Below the pieces are notes generated by a model. The model did not search any database. It had not been told where the DNA came from and worked only from the letters and a program-made list of their open reading frames with translations. Shown piece by piece: positions 35,911 to 48,378 of a stretch of DNA of 64,000 nucleotides. This stretch comes from Azolla caroliniana (taxonomy: Eukaryota > Plantae > Polypodiophyta): assembly GCA_043228905.1 (NCBI GenBank), contig JBHGNT010000005.1, positions 6,944,001 to 7,008,000 of the forward strand, given 5' to 3'. Numbering within the stretch: the stretch's first letter is position 1; each line of letters starts with the position of its first letter. A program made the translations under genes and the position numbers.

Positions 35911-36577
35911 GCGCGTGCGAAGGTCGAGTCGGCAACTGGCCGAGGTTGCTCCCATACGCGTTATGGGCGGATAGGACTACCCACAGCTTGGTGACAAGGT
36001 ACATGCCGGCGGAGCTAATGTACGGACAGAAACCCATCATGCCCGTTGATAGAACGATCGCCTCGTGGACAGCAATCGATCGGTCCAACGAAATGAGTAG
36101 AGAAGAGCTGCTAGCGGCACGAATCCGGCAACTCGAGCGAAGACCGGAAGACGTGGAACGAGCCACGACAAGGGTGAAAGAGGCGCGGATCCGAAACAAA
36201 GCCCGGTTCGACCGAACACACCGACTCAGGCCAAGGAAGATCAAGGAAGGTGATTGGGTGTTAGTCTACGATAGTAGCCTTGACAACCAGCATAGGTCTA
36301 CACATAAGTTTGCGAAGCGTTGGTTCGGACCATACATGGTAACTAGCGTCAACGACAACGTGACGTATCATCTCGCGGAGCTCGACGGGACGCAAGTAGT
36401 GACTCCGGTGGCTAGGAAGCGGATAAAAGCCTTCAAGAGATGGAATGAAGCAGAACCTACACCCGGAACCGAAAGCGCCAGTTCAAGAGAGGATGACGAG
36501 TATCCGATGGCCCGGAATCCCTCACTAAATTCGCAATCCGGCACATACCGGAGGATGTGCGGTTTAGTGGGGGTGGA

Positions 36578-37301
36578 TGTCGTGAAGATTTCGGGCCATA
36601 GGTAGAAACAAGGTGAAACGCGCAGGAACACCGGTTTACGCGAGTGCACGCCTCGAGGGAATTAAATGGGGCAAGTACTAGGCATGAGTATAAGGAGGGG
36701 TACTAGATAGTTAGAGCATAGACCTCGCATAAGTAGGGAGAGTTACCAGGAGAGTAAATCAAGGGAGAGAATCTAGGACAAAGGTGACGGGTCATGAATG
36801 CTTGTAACGATCGTTCCTTGTGCTATAAAAGGGGCAACCTTTGACTGTCTTGGGGGGGCCATCTGGAGAAAGGATACACAGAGAAAGACCGAGGACGGAC
36901 CGCGGGAGAAGAGGCTTCCCCTTGCTCGTGTCAGACGCCCGAGTGCTCCTGACCTAGGGATCGACCTTCTGCGCACCGACGTCTCTTGGTACCTGGATAT
37001 TGGCCAAGCTCCGCGCTCCATCACCGGCTCTGATCCGGCTGTAACCACTAATAGCACCGTGCACCTATGTTTTGGAATAGAACTTATTCTACCTAACATA
37101 CTTCGTTCTCAGTGTCTTTGTCCGTGTCTGTGTCTACGTGTGACTCTCTTGCTCTCGCTCGTTAGCTAGACTTACCCACTCTCCCATGGTCTCAAGACCT
37201 ACGCGGCCCCAAACTCCTCCCTCCTCGTTATCTTGATTCTTTGGTTCGAGACCCCCGTGGTCCTGCCTGACTTCTACGCATCCGCGAGGATATCCTCGAC
37301 A
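36578..37301 (+). repeat. 3' LTR of element E
   Basis: Direct repeat of 16835-17558; preceded by the PPT, followed by TSD ACGT. Confidence 0.93.
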
Positions 37302-37719
37302 ACGTAGCAGAGAGCAATGGTTGAGGAGGAGAGAGCTCGGTTCCCAGTCCGACAGCACTTCGTCCTCCCAAAAACGCGATCCCTTCTTCTTCTTCTCCCC
37401 TCCCTTTTATAGGTCGCCGAGGAGGCCGTTACATCAAATTTATTCTCTGTCCTTTCGGACAGAGATACTCATCGATCCCCTAGAAAATTAACACCCTTTC
37501 TAGTACATATGCATACCCACCGGTCTATTCCTAGCTATGTACAATTCATAAACACACACACACACACACACGAAAACGATCGGGTCACGCCCCCTTCCCT
37601 TGATTCCTCCTAGGGGCGGTTTTCTCCACCACATCCACCCCCAGCAAACCGCACCTCCACCGGTATGTGCCAAGTAGGAACAACCTTGGCGGAAACCGGC
37701 CCTAGATCACTCGTCATTT

Positions 37720-39960
37720 TCCGAACCCCCTACCTTCCCCGATTCGGGCATCGTCGCCGCCATCGCTCACTGGGTCCGGTTCGTCCTCGTGCCGCTTCTT
37801 GAACATCTTGACCCTCTATCTGCGTCCCATCGAGCTCCGCGAGATGATACGTGCTATTGTCGTTCGCGCTTGTCACCGTGTAGGGCCCGAACCATCTCCT
37901 TGCAAACTTACGCACCGCATTGTGCTGATTATCGAGGCTACTGTCGTACACCAACACCCAGTCACCTTCCTCGGTCTCAGCCGGTGTGTTCAGTCAAACC
38001 GGCCTTTATTTCTTTCACGCGTCATACGCAGCTTCGCCATCGCCTACACCATGTCCTCTGGTCGTCGCTTGAGCTGCCGAATCCGTGTCGCCAGCAACTC
38101 TTCCCAGCTCATCTCGTCCTTCCAGTCCACTTCGACCCACGAAGTGATCGTCCGTTCCACCGGCATAATCGGTTTTTGTCCGTACATCAACTCTGCCGGC
38201 ATGAACCCTGTCACCGAACTGTGTGTAGTCAGGTCCGCCCACAATGCATAAGGAAGGAGCCGCGGCCAATTCCCGACCTACCCTTCACACGCTCGTACCG
38301 GAGCCTTCACGATCAGTCCATGTCCGTGTTCTACCTTCCCGTTCTCCTCTGGATTGTATGCCCTAGTGAGGGAGAGCTTGACCCGTAACCGGTGGAACAG
38401 CTCCTCAACTTCCTGCGCGTCTAGCTCTCCCCAATCCGCCACAATTTTCCCTACGCATCTGTACCGGCACACTACCTCTTCGATCAAGAACCGGCACACC
38501 GCCGTAGTCGTCATGTTCGTCAGTACGTAGCCTTCCAGTTGGTTTGTTAAATCTTCCCACGCAAGCACTAGATACTGCGGGTAGGTTGGGTGCAGCTCGT
38601 CTCAATGCCGGATCGTGGAGTGCATCTGACAGTTTTCACACGTCGTTACGAACTGGAACACATCCCGATACAACCCCAACCACCAATACTTCTCTTTCAG
38701 TTTCTCAAACGTGGCCTATGTCCCGCGGTGTCCGGCCCAAGGATTCTAATGGTACACCGTGAGCAACACGTCCTGCTTGCCCTTTCTCGCTACTACCCGG
38801 AGGGGGACACCGTCTCGCTTCTTAGGGTGCCTCCATATGTTCCCGTCCCGTAGGAAGAACCGGTTAGCTTTCTTTCGGATCCGGCTAGCCTCCTCCTTTG
38901 TCCACACTGCGTTTGGTGTCATTATCTTCAGGAACCTACCGATCTGGAGCCACCCCCTGTCATATTCGCCTTCATGAAATTCTTTAAGCGTCAGAGATGG
39001 CTTCTATCTTTGCCGGAGACGGTTTCCGACCGTAGGGCCCGCACAGGTGACCGACCACTAGGATCTCCAATTGGCTGAACGTCGATTTCTCTCCGGAGAA
39101 GGTGAGTCGTGCGGCCTCCAACCTTTGCAGCACCTTCTCGCAGTCATTAATGTGGTCTGCGACGAACCTCCGGCATCCCTCCGGCCCAATTGCCTTGTCC
39201 TTATCCTCCACCGGACATCCTTTGATCGGGATGTCATCCAGAAATGGTATGGTGATGTCCGAGATGCAGTCCCTCAGCACCTTGTTCATCGCATTCACCA
39301 TGTGCGCCACCAAGTTCGTCCCTCCTTGCGGCAGGGTACACATCCACACTAAGCCAAGAGGGGTCTGCATTGTCGTGATATCCTTGCTCTCCAAGGCTAG
39401 TTGGAACTGATTGTACCCCGAGTACAGATCACCGACCCAATAGATTGACCTTCCGGCAAAGGCTTCTGCAAACTCATCTATCGTCGGTCTGATACCTGCA
39501 TTACGAATGGTCACCCTGTTGACCGGTTGCAGGTCCTGAATGAATCGCAACGTGCCATTCTTTTTCGGCATAGTAAACCATCGATTCGAATACGGGGCGC
39601 TCGACGGTTTGAGGATGCCCATCTCCACTTTCTGCTTCAGTAGCTCCATCAACTTCAGGATGTGAGCTCTGGGTATCGGGATCAGCTTGAGATTCCACGG
39701 CACATGCGGCACCGTGAATATCACCATCAGCTCCACTATCGTCAGATCTGCACACCCAATCTCCTCCGACGAGAATGCGAAGGCTTTCCCGTGCCTTCCG
39801 AGCATCCTCCGAAACCGGTCCTCCTCCGCCGGCAGTAGAAACCCACCCCCACCAACTTTGAGCTCTCGTAGCGTTATGTCGGTGAATCGGTGCCCTCACA
39901 CGCGATCACTAGTCGGTCGACGGCTACTGCCATAGCTTCAGCAAGCTCAGATCCCCTCAT
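37720..39960 (-). pseudogene. pol: Deleted gag/pol remnant of element F
   Basis: RT ORF 38984-39805 (FLDDIPIKG) and integrase fragments 37730-38980; RNase H and most of gag-PR are missing. Confidence 0.88.
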
Positions 39961-39983
39961 CTTGAACTCCTTGGCCGCCTTCT

Positions 39984-40001
39984 TTCACGTCGGGTTCACC
40001 A
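39984..40001 (-). promoter_or_regulatory. PBS (tRNA-Trp) of element F
   Basis: TGGTGAACCCGACGTGAA on the minus strand, 5 nt from the LTR. Confidence 0.85.
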
Positions 40002-40498
40002 AATAATGTCCTGTTGTTACGCTCTCGCATGTGAAATGAGACGGGACCGCGGGGGCCCTAAACCAAGGAGCGCGAGAAAGAAGAGGGAGAGCGATTCATA
40101 GAAACACAGAGAGAGAAGGGAACGGAGGATTCAATTACAATGTCAACAATGATTACAACCGGCAAGCCGGCAATAGACCCAAAATGGAGGTCCCACGCAC
40201 ACACACACGGACGGCACAGAGAACGCACGGAGGAGCCTCTGCTGGAAGCACACGGGCTTACATGCAGTAGAGGCAACCGGCATAGAAACGTAGTGGAGAG
40301 CAACGGTTGAGGAGGAGAGAGCTCGGTTCCCAGTCCGACAGCACTTCGTCCTCCCGAAAACACGATAATATCTTCTTCTCCCCTCCCTTTTATAGGTCAT
40401 CGAGGAGGCCATTACATCAAATTTATTCTCTGTAATTTCGGATAGAGATACTCATCGATTCCCTAGACAATTAACACCCTTTCTTATACATATGCATA

Positions 40499-41135
40499 GT
40501 AGTACACTACAATGTGTCCATGGAGAACACAACATGGATTAAAAGATGATTAGTACAAACTCTTCAATATAGGACAGTACTATGAGTACAAGACATGTAC
40601 TTTACATCCTTCAATAAATACTGATTTAGTACAGATACAACACACAGTACAATACAATGTGTCCATGGAGAGCACTCAACATGGACTAAAAGATACTTAG
40701 TACAAACTCTTAAGAATGGCCAATACTATGAGTACAAGACGAGTACTTTACATCCTTCAATAAATACTGATTTAGTACAAATACAACACACAGTACAATA
40801 CAGTGTGTCCATGGAGAACACTCAACATGGATTAAAAGATAATTAGTACTAACTCTTAAGGACAGACAATACTAGGAGTACAAGACGAGTACTTTACATC
40901 CTTCAATAAATACTGATTTAGTACAAATACAACACACAGTACAATACAGTGTGTCCATGGAGAGCACTCAACATGGACTAAAAGATACTTAGTACAAACT
41001 CTTAAGAATGGCCAATACTATGAGTACAAGACGAGTACTTTACATCCTTCAATAAATACTGATTTAGTACAGATACAACACACAACACAATACAATGTGT
41101 CTATGGAGAACACTTCACATGGATTAAAAGATAAT
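40499..41135. repeat. Tandem array of a ~146-bp unit, ~4.3 copies
   Basis: TGTGTC(C/T)ATGGAG recurs at 40513, 40658, 40804, 40950 and 41096. Confidence 0.92.
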
Positions 41136-41319
41136 AAACACAGATCCACGTGACATGATGGTATTATGTGATCAATCAAGAACACTTAACATGCATGCAT
41201 CCATTTGAATAGTATTGTGTTTGAATAGTTACAAACATAATTAGTATGCATGCACTAACACAAGACTTACTTCCTTAGACATTGCATTATAAGTACTAAA
41301 CATATGGATTAAAAATTAC

Positions 41320-42900
41320 CTGGCGATAAAGTAGAATGATCGTGTTGCCTTAAACTGCGAGGCAGCACCATCAGACCAAACCCAATGACGGTTAAAGCTA
41401 AACCCTAGAGACAATAAATATGCATGGTGAAGCTTAAAACAATGTTGAACAAATAGTGTATGATGCTTTTTATCATCTGAAATGTAAAATATTGATTTCT
41501 TATGTAACTCACCGTCTTGTCGCCAATAGCAAATATATACAAGTATTGTACATTGATCATTGTACCAATGCATTGATTGAATCTCATTTTGAACTTTAAA
41601 TGTATAGTTTTCTGCAAAGTCAATAATGGATACGATGACACCCGTTGGTAAGTTATTAATACATTCCTTGAATTGTGAATTTTGCCAATAACTCCGGAAG
41701 TTATGTGGAATGAACTACCCAAGTTATTTCTTAAATTCTGAGACAAGGGTAGCAACACATGTCTCCTTATATACTTCCTTGATACGCTTAGTTACAAGTC
41801 CCTAGCCAATATTTTCAGTCACATACTCTAAATATTTCCATTTCACAATATGACTGTTTCCCAAATCAAGCTCCTGCCTACAAAATAATGTTAGCGGACA
41901 AACCTTACATGTTCTTAAAAGACATGTATGACGATGCCACTCACATGATGGTTCTTTTTCACAAACACAAGACCTCCATAACTCAGAAACGAATGCATAA
42001 GTCATGTTTCGTGCATTACACCTATTATCCTCCCCGTTCAGTCTACAAACCTCACAAGTGCAGACACATAATTGCCCGTGTATACCCTTAGAATCAGTAC
42101 GCATTGCATTCAGTCCAAGCCTTAACATGTCCATCTGCCCGTGTATTCCTCTCATTTAATTTTCTAACATAATATTGTTTCAAACCTTGGAACTTGCGGA
42201 ATCCAACAGTCAAGCTTGGATGTTGGTCTTTAAAGTTCATGTACAATTCAGCCTACATCAACCAATATATATAGCAAACATTAATATACACTTGGTCAAA
42301 ACAAAAATTTATGGAATGTGAATTGATATAAAAAATGGAATACCTCCGTCATCTCGAAGAAGTGTCTAGGGTGAATTCTGTACTTACCCTGACTTAATCG
42401 TTGTCCACACACGTCCTTCTTATTTGGTGAGACACGCATATTTTTTGCCCAAAATGAATCCACTTTCTCAATAATCTCTTGAGATAAGGCATCGCATCGT
42501 CGTCTACGTCCCAACCCCAGCCACTTTAATTGGCTTGAGTGTATATTTCGGCGATGTTTCCCCAAGTTCCTTCTTTGAATACCCAGGGCTAAGGCAACTT
42601 TAGTATCACTATATTTTTTTTCTCTCGCACCGTTCACAACCATGTGTAGGGTTGCCCTCTTTGCAACAAGTTTGTCTATGCTCTCTACACCTTTCACTAA
42701 GCCTAGGGATGACTTCATAGACTCTACAATCTCTTCTGAAACACATTGGTCCCTGAATTTTATTCTCCCCATGTCTTCATTCAAACGTTGATGGTGTAAC
42801 ACTCTACATATAATATCCCTACGATCCTCTTCATCAAATCTCTTCGTTATTTCTACCAAATAATGGACTATGTGAAGAACCACTCATCTCATGGTCCTTT
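41320..42900 (-). pseudogene. Intron-containing Sola2-like DDD transposase remnant
   Basis: FIPHNFRSYWQNSQFK..SIIDFAENYTFKVQNEIQSMHWYNDQCT..ISDDKKH..WVWSDGAASQFK; upstream ELYMNFKDQHP and a Cys-rich region; GT-AG intron 42343-42253; donor at 41319; superfamily call is from motif recall. Confidence 0.65.
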
Positions 42901-43190
42901 CAGATATACATGAGTTACTTGACAACTCACTCTCATTGGGGATCCCCATTTGGTCACTAGATTTATCCAAAAAAATTAAGTGTCGTGCGAGAGTAGTTAA
43001 TGTTATATAGACTACAATAAGAAATCACAATCAAATGTTTTTAAATGCGGCTTGCAAAGTGAGAAATAATTCATTTCGGACATTAGAATTATGGATCAAA
43101 GATGACAATTAGCATTTCTTTATTCACAAATTTCTAAAAATGAAAAAATTTAGTACAGAAAATGAAAAAATAGTTCTGAAATTTAGTATT

Positions 43191-43550
43191 GGAAAGGAAC
43201 CTCCAATGGTGGAGGGAGCGTTGAATCAGTGTGATATGCCACCTCGATTTGGTGGAAGAAACCTCCAATGGTGGATGGGGCGTTAAATCTATGTGATATG
43301 CCGCCTCGATTTGGTGGAATGAACCTCCAATGGTGGCAGGAGCCTTGAATCTGTGTGATATGCCGCCTCGATTTGGTGGAAGGAACCTCCAATGGTGGAG
43401 GGAGCGTTAAATCTGTGTGATATGCTGCCTCGATTTGGTGGAGGGAGCCTTGAATCTGTGTGATATGCCACCTCGATTTGATGGAAGGAACCTCCAATGG
43501 TGGAGGGAGCCTTGAATCTGTGTGATATGCCGCCTCGATTCGGTGGAAGA
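43191..43550. repeat. Tandem array of a 62-bp unit, ~6 copies (one shortened)
   Basis: ACCTCCAATGGTGG at 43199, 43261, 43323, 43385 and 43490. Confidence 0.9.
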
Positions 43551-44184
43551 ATCCTCGCCTCGGTGGAAAAAGCCTCAAATCACCGCGAGATAAACTGCAA
43601 TCGGTGGAAGAAGCAAGAAAATCGTTCTCGAAAAAGTCACTATTGGCTGTTATAAGAGGCCTCAAAACAGTCTCTAATCCTCAACTCAAACCCTAAAGCA
43701 AAAACCCTAACAAAACAAGAAATCCTCAATCCAAAACCAGAAACTTGACATGGATGTCTGAGATATGCTCCCTAAACCCTAACAAACCTCTTACATTGGA
43801 GGAAAACCAGAAACCTGACATGGATATCTGAGATGAAGAGCTCAGAGGGATAGAGGAAGAGGAGTAAGAGGAGTTGGTTTGAGGGGAAGTGCCAAAAATG
43901 ACGTGATGGGGAAAATAGCCCCCAAAATGGAAAGAACATCTCCTCACATGTTCCCCCCACTCCTTGTCTTAAAAGACACTTGTACTACACTCGCCCCACT
44001 CCCCAAAATCAATTTTTTTTTCTCTGATTTTTTTTCTCAATTATTTAGTACTAACAATATCGAAAGGACTGACATTTTTTGTGGCCAAAAATAGTACTTT
44101 TCTGGTACACCGTAGCGTGCTTCCACCCATGTCCATTGGTTAGAGTGATAGCACTGGGGAAGTTGAGTTTGATTCTCAACAACA

Positions 44185-45520
44185 AGCAACAAGGAAGTTC
44201 CCCCAAGTACATTGGGGCAAGGAAGTCCTCTGAGGGGAATATGTTGGGACAAGGAAGTCTTCATTATTAAATAAGTGGATCAACAACATGGAAGGCTATT
44301 TGAACCAATGTTGGGTGAGGCCACGAGAATGGGTGGATGTGTTGGATTGATATCTTGAGGGCACACCTACGATTGGTTATGTGCACCCCTTTGATAGTTG
44401 AGAAGTTTTCAAGCTATGATTGTGGAAATACTTTATCCCAAAGGATGAGCCTTTGAGGCTAAGGCCAATTAATGTGGACAATTTTGGCAGGTTACAAGGG
44501 TTTCTCTATCAATTATGGCTTTCACTGAGAAAGGAGGTAGAGAAATTGGAACCAAGAACTTGGAGGAAGAGAGTCGAGTCACATAAAGCATGGGAAATTG
44601 GCAGACCGCCCAATACAAAGACTCTAGGTGAGAAAAGGGTTCCCCACAAGAGGTGGGAGCTCAAGTGGGTCTCAACGAACAAGAAGAAGAGGACTTGGCT
44701 ACTCAAGTGCAAGTCGAGGCGGGTTTGATCAAGACTGGCTCGATCACAGTGAACGGGAAAAGTATGATGATGGAGGAAACGACTCGAAGGGACTTAGAGA
44801 GCAAGATTGAGGTCAAGGTGAACTCAACCAAGTTGGTTGAGCAAGAAGTGAAGATAGAAGAAAGCACCTTGACATCGAGGTGGTTGAACAAGAGGTCGAG
44901 GCGAAGCGACTCCTGTAAACTAACATAAAGGTAAGGATTGAGACTGGTGCAACGATGGTGTGGTTGATTTAGACTATGGAGGAAAAAAATGAAGGTAGAG
45001 AAACTTCCTCAAAAGGTGCCCAAAAAGAAGATTGAGAGGAACCGAGCAACAGAAGGCGAAGTACCAAAACACATAAGTACTTGAGATAGTTTTGTGAGCT
45101 TGATGTGAGTCATGCTCTAGAGGACTTGGGTGAATGTGGTGTCCTAGTCTGTCCCAATTGGCACACAATCCCAAATTGGGATTTACCAGGGATCCTAGTA
45201 ACATTCCCAAAATGGCACACTAGGTTGTCCCAACACTATCCCAACGGTTAGCCCCAACTGCCATCTTTGGCCTATATAAGGAGGATCATTCCTCATTTGT
45301 ACTCTTTCTTAGATTCGCCATTTTGGCTCTAAGGAGCATGGAGTGATCTCTCTCCAACTAGTTGTTTTGGGAGTTGTCCTGACTCATCCCAACTCCGTAT
45401 TTTGATTTGTCCCAGTTTGGAACTATTGTAACCTTTGTTGAGTTGGTAATGTAATATAAGAGCATGTTTTATGTCCCAAATTTGTTTCCATTTGCATTTT
45501 CTTGTGTTTTAATCTCACCA
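44185..45520 (+). mobile_element. Possible degenerate LTR-derived sequence
   Basis: CCTATATAAGG near 45271 followed by an R/U5-like T-rich tract; no partner LTR, PBS or TSD found. Confidence 0.25.
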
Positions 45521-45724
45521 ATACAATAGGGGCGTCTCATCTATGTTTAGGGCTAAACACATAGTTTATTGCCATGGACAACAATCAAGACAACTTGTCA
45601 ATCGTGAAGGTGAATTGTTCATTTATGGATGATGTAAGGACACAATTTGAATACATTGTCAAGTAGATTGATGGTGCATGTGCAAGTCATGTCTTCGTAG
45701 GGGTCGTAGGGATTTCATCGGTGT

Positions 45725-45838
45725 GGTGAAAAATGCATAAAATAACATCTTGAATGGTGCACTCTATAATATACTCTTTTGGGTGAAAAATACATAAAAT
45801 AACATCTTGAATGGTGCACTCTATAATATACTCTTTTG
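45725..45838. repeat. 57-bp direct tandem duplication
   Basis: GGTGAAAAAT(G/A)CATAAAATAACATCTTGAATGG... at 45725 and 45782. Confidence 0.9.
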
Positions 45839-48378
45839 GGACTTAAAGTTATATTTTCTTGGATGAGACATCACATGTGATATTTTCAGAAAGATTTCAC
45901 TTTGAAATATGCTTTCTAGTTTAAAATAGCACTCTTATTGACAGTCTCGAATCTTCCACATCAACTGTTCCAATACTTTTTTCCAACCAAATGGTAAGTT
46001 GGCAATCAAAGAAAAGCATATTAAATATCCTTCAAAACACCCATGAGAACTTTCTAGTGATGTAATCCAATCAGCAAATAAAGTAGCAAGAATATATATC
46101 CATCGAAGTAAAATGTAACAAAATTGAACAAAGTAAAAAAATCAAGGTTAAAGTCGCGATGTTAGATGCCACACAAGGAAAGTGTATTCACCCGACGTTC
46201 TTTACTTAGAGTATTATTAGATTAAGGGTCAATGGTTCAAGCTTTGAAATATCTTACTTTCATTATGCAAACTATTTAGACACACTGCGATGAAAGAATA
46301 CTAATTTTGATAGGTACTATTCCAAATACTATTCCAAGATAACTTAAAACTGAGATTTTTAGCAAGCTCTTATAACCATGTGCATTTTTCAACAATTGGG
46401 CCGCAAAATTCTGGGCTATATAGGAACTTTTTGCAATATCTAATGCATTATTGTTAACCCACCAATAGATACTAATCAATATCCAAAAGTCATTGTGATG
46501 GGTATAGTTTTCATGATATCCTACATAATTTTTATGCTCTTTTGTTTGAGTGTATAGTTTATTAATTTTTGCTCACACCACCTTGAGGTTTACTATGTAT
46601 ATAATAAATGTAAACGCACGTATGATTGTGTATATGTACATATATGCATACATTGGCAAGATGTTACAAGCAGATAGATCAATCTAATGCTTCTGTTCGT
46701 TTGTAAGTGTTTCGTTATTTTAAACCAAATATATATTGTAATGAGAGCTCAAATAGTCTCACATTGTTTTATTTCGAAAGATTAACATGTGTTAACCTCA
46801 CTTGACTATGAACAATGTCCTACATGGGTCCACATTGGCTAAGGGTTTAGTAAAGAGAGACTTGCAATAGAGATTCTCAAGTCTCAACAATGTACTAACT
46901 CCCTTCGCACTTGGGTTGAAGTCTATGGAAATGGTCTTCAAAAAATCATCATACCCAACTCACTAAAGTAGGAGATTTAGGATGGAAAGGCTTATTAAAC
47001 TTTGAAAATTGGGTTTACAGGCTAAATAAAGGGTGTTACCAAGGACATTATTATTGGGTACACGTCTAACAAGTAATTACATTGACAAAAAGAAAATGGT
47101 TCATTCTCGTTGTGTGAGACATTGTACATGATCTGAAAGAATTGTCTGTGAGTTGTTATGGACTCATCAATGGCAATCTTCGGCACATGTTTCCAACTAT
47201 CCAATTTGAAAAATCTATGTGGTCCGTTGGACATCTTTTCCATTCATCAATTACACGAGAATATCCCACCACATTAGATTTTGGGCATTGTAGACAATTC
47301 GAATAAAGTGGATTCATATGGTATATGGTAAATCAATCACCTACAATTAAAGTTTTCCTCAAGATTTGTAACATAACTACCAAGGTTTGCATAGTTACCA
47401 AAGCAAATAACACCATTACCAATGATTTGTAACATGACTACCAAGTTCTGCATAGTTACCAAAGCTAATGGCACAATTGTGAGGGTAGTCAAGCAATAGG
47501 TTACATAACACCTTGGCATACAGGCTATGTATGGCCACATTTCTATAAGAATTTGTACTCTATTCTAAGCAACGATTAAAAACTTTGTAGACACTTGAAT
47601 TGATATGATAACCAGAACAAGGTATATACATAGACCTTTCCTATATGATATATGGAACAAAACTCACACGAATAGGTTGATATATTAATATTTATTCAAT
47701 GATATTGGATATTATTTTAGTTCTACTGTTCTGTTTGTTTTAATTCGGAAATCGAATGAGAATGATCAAAATCACACATGGAATTAGAAAATCGAGAAAC
47801 TTAATGGCAAGAAACAATTGAGTAACTAATTGTTTCATTAGTTAGAGTTATAGACGCTAATTGGGGAGGAATGATGGCATTGGGTTCTCAATTACCACAA
47901 TGAAGAGAAGGAATTTGGCTGTCAGATTAGTGTAACCTTAAGGCAATCAATTTTAATGCCGGAAATGAGAGGTATTGATTATTGGGGCAGTTGATTAGAG
48001 TAATTAAGAGCGATTAAACACGAAAAATGTTTAGGTGAACTTCAATTAGAGTACTATGATTAAATCATGTCACTTAAGTAGCAAAAGGAAATTGCATTCA
48101 AACTAAAACAGAAAACAGTGGAGCGATCCTTGGGTGTATATATCAAATCGAAATGGTATCGTTTGTTGGAATGGCCTTAGTAAATGTTTATTATACCAGG
48201 TTCCAACTGGAGGGATGCCATTTTTGTGCCAAACCCTCCATGGACAGTGTACACTTAGATCTATGCCGGAAATGGTATACAGAGCTGCATGAATCTTGGC
48301 ACGAAATTATGTACAAATCATGTGAACTCAATTAATAATCCATGGGCGGATCGTATCATCATGTCACACGAGAGATGG

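Larger units (their letters stand above)
16835..37301 (+). mobile_element. Ty3/Gypsy element E, full length but decayed; hosts C, A and B
   Basis: 724-bp LTRs at 16835-17558 and 36578-37301; 4-bp TSD ACGT (16831-16834 / 37302-37305); PBS 17563-17580; gag-PR 17605-19446 + 24782-25078; pol 25069-27824 + 35911-~36510. Confidence 0.93.
16550..40498 (-). mobile_element. Ty3/Gypsy element F (minus strand, internally deleted); its 3' LTR is split by element E
   Basis: 3' LTR = 16550-16834 + 37306-37633; PPT 37634-37645; pol remnants 37720-39895; gag start MRGSELAEAMAVAVDRL; PBS 39984-40001; 5' LTR 40007-~40498, truncated. Confidence 0.85.

Noticed and set aside
40499-43550. CRISPR-like arrays
   Set aside because: Head-to-tail repeats without unique spacers, eukaryotic context, no cas genes
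44085-44115. Terminal inverted repeat of the Sola-like element
   Set aside because: No partner end or TSD in the window
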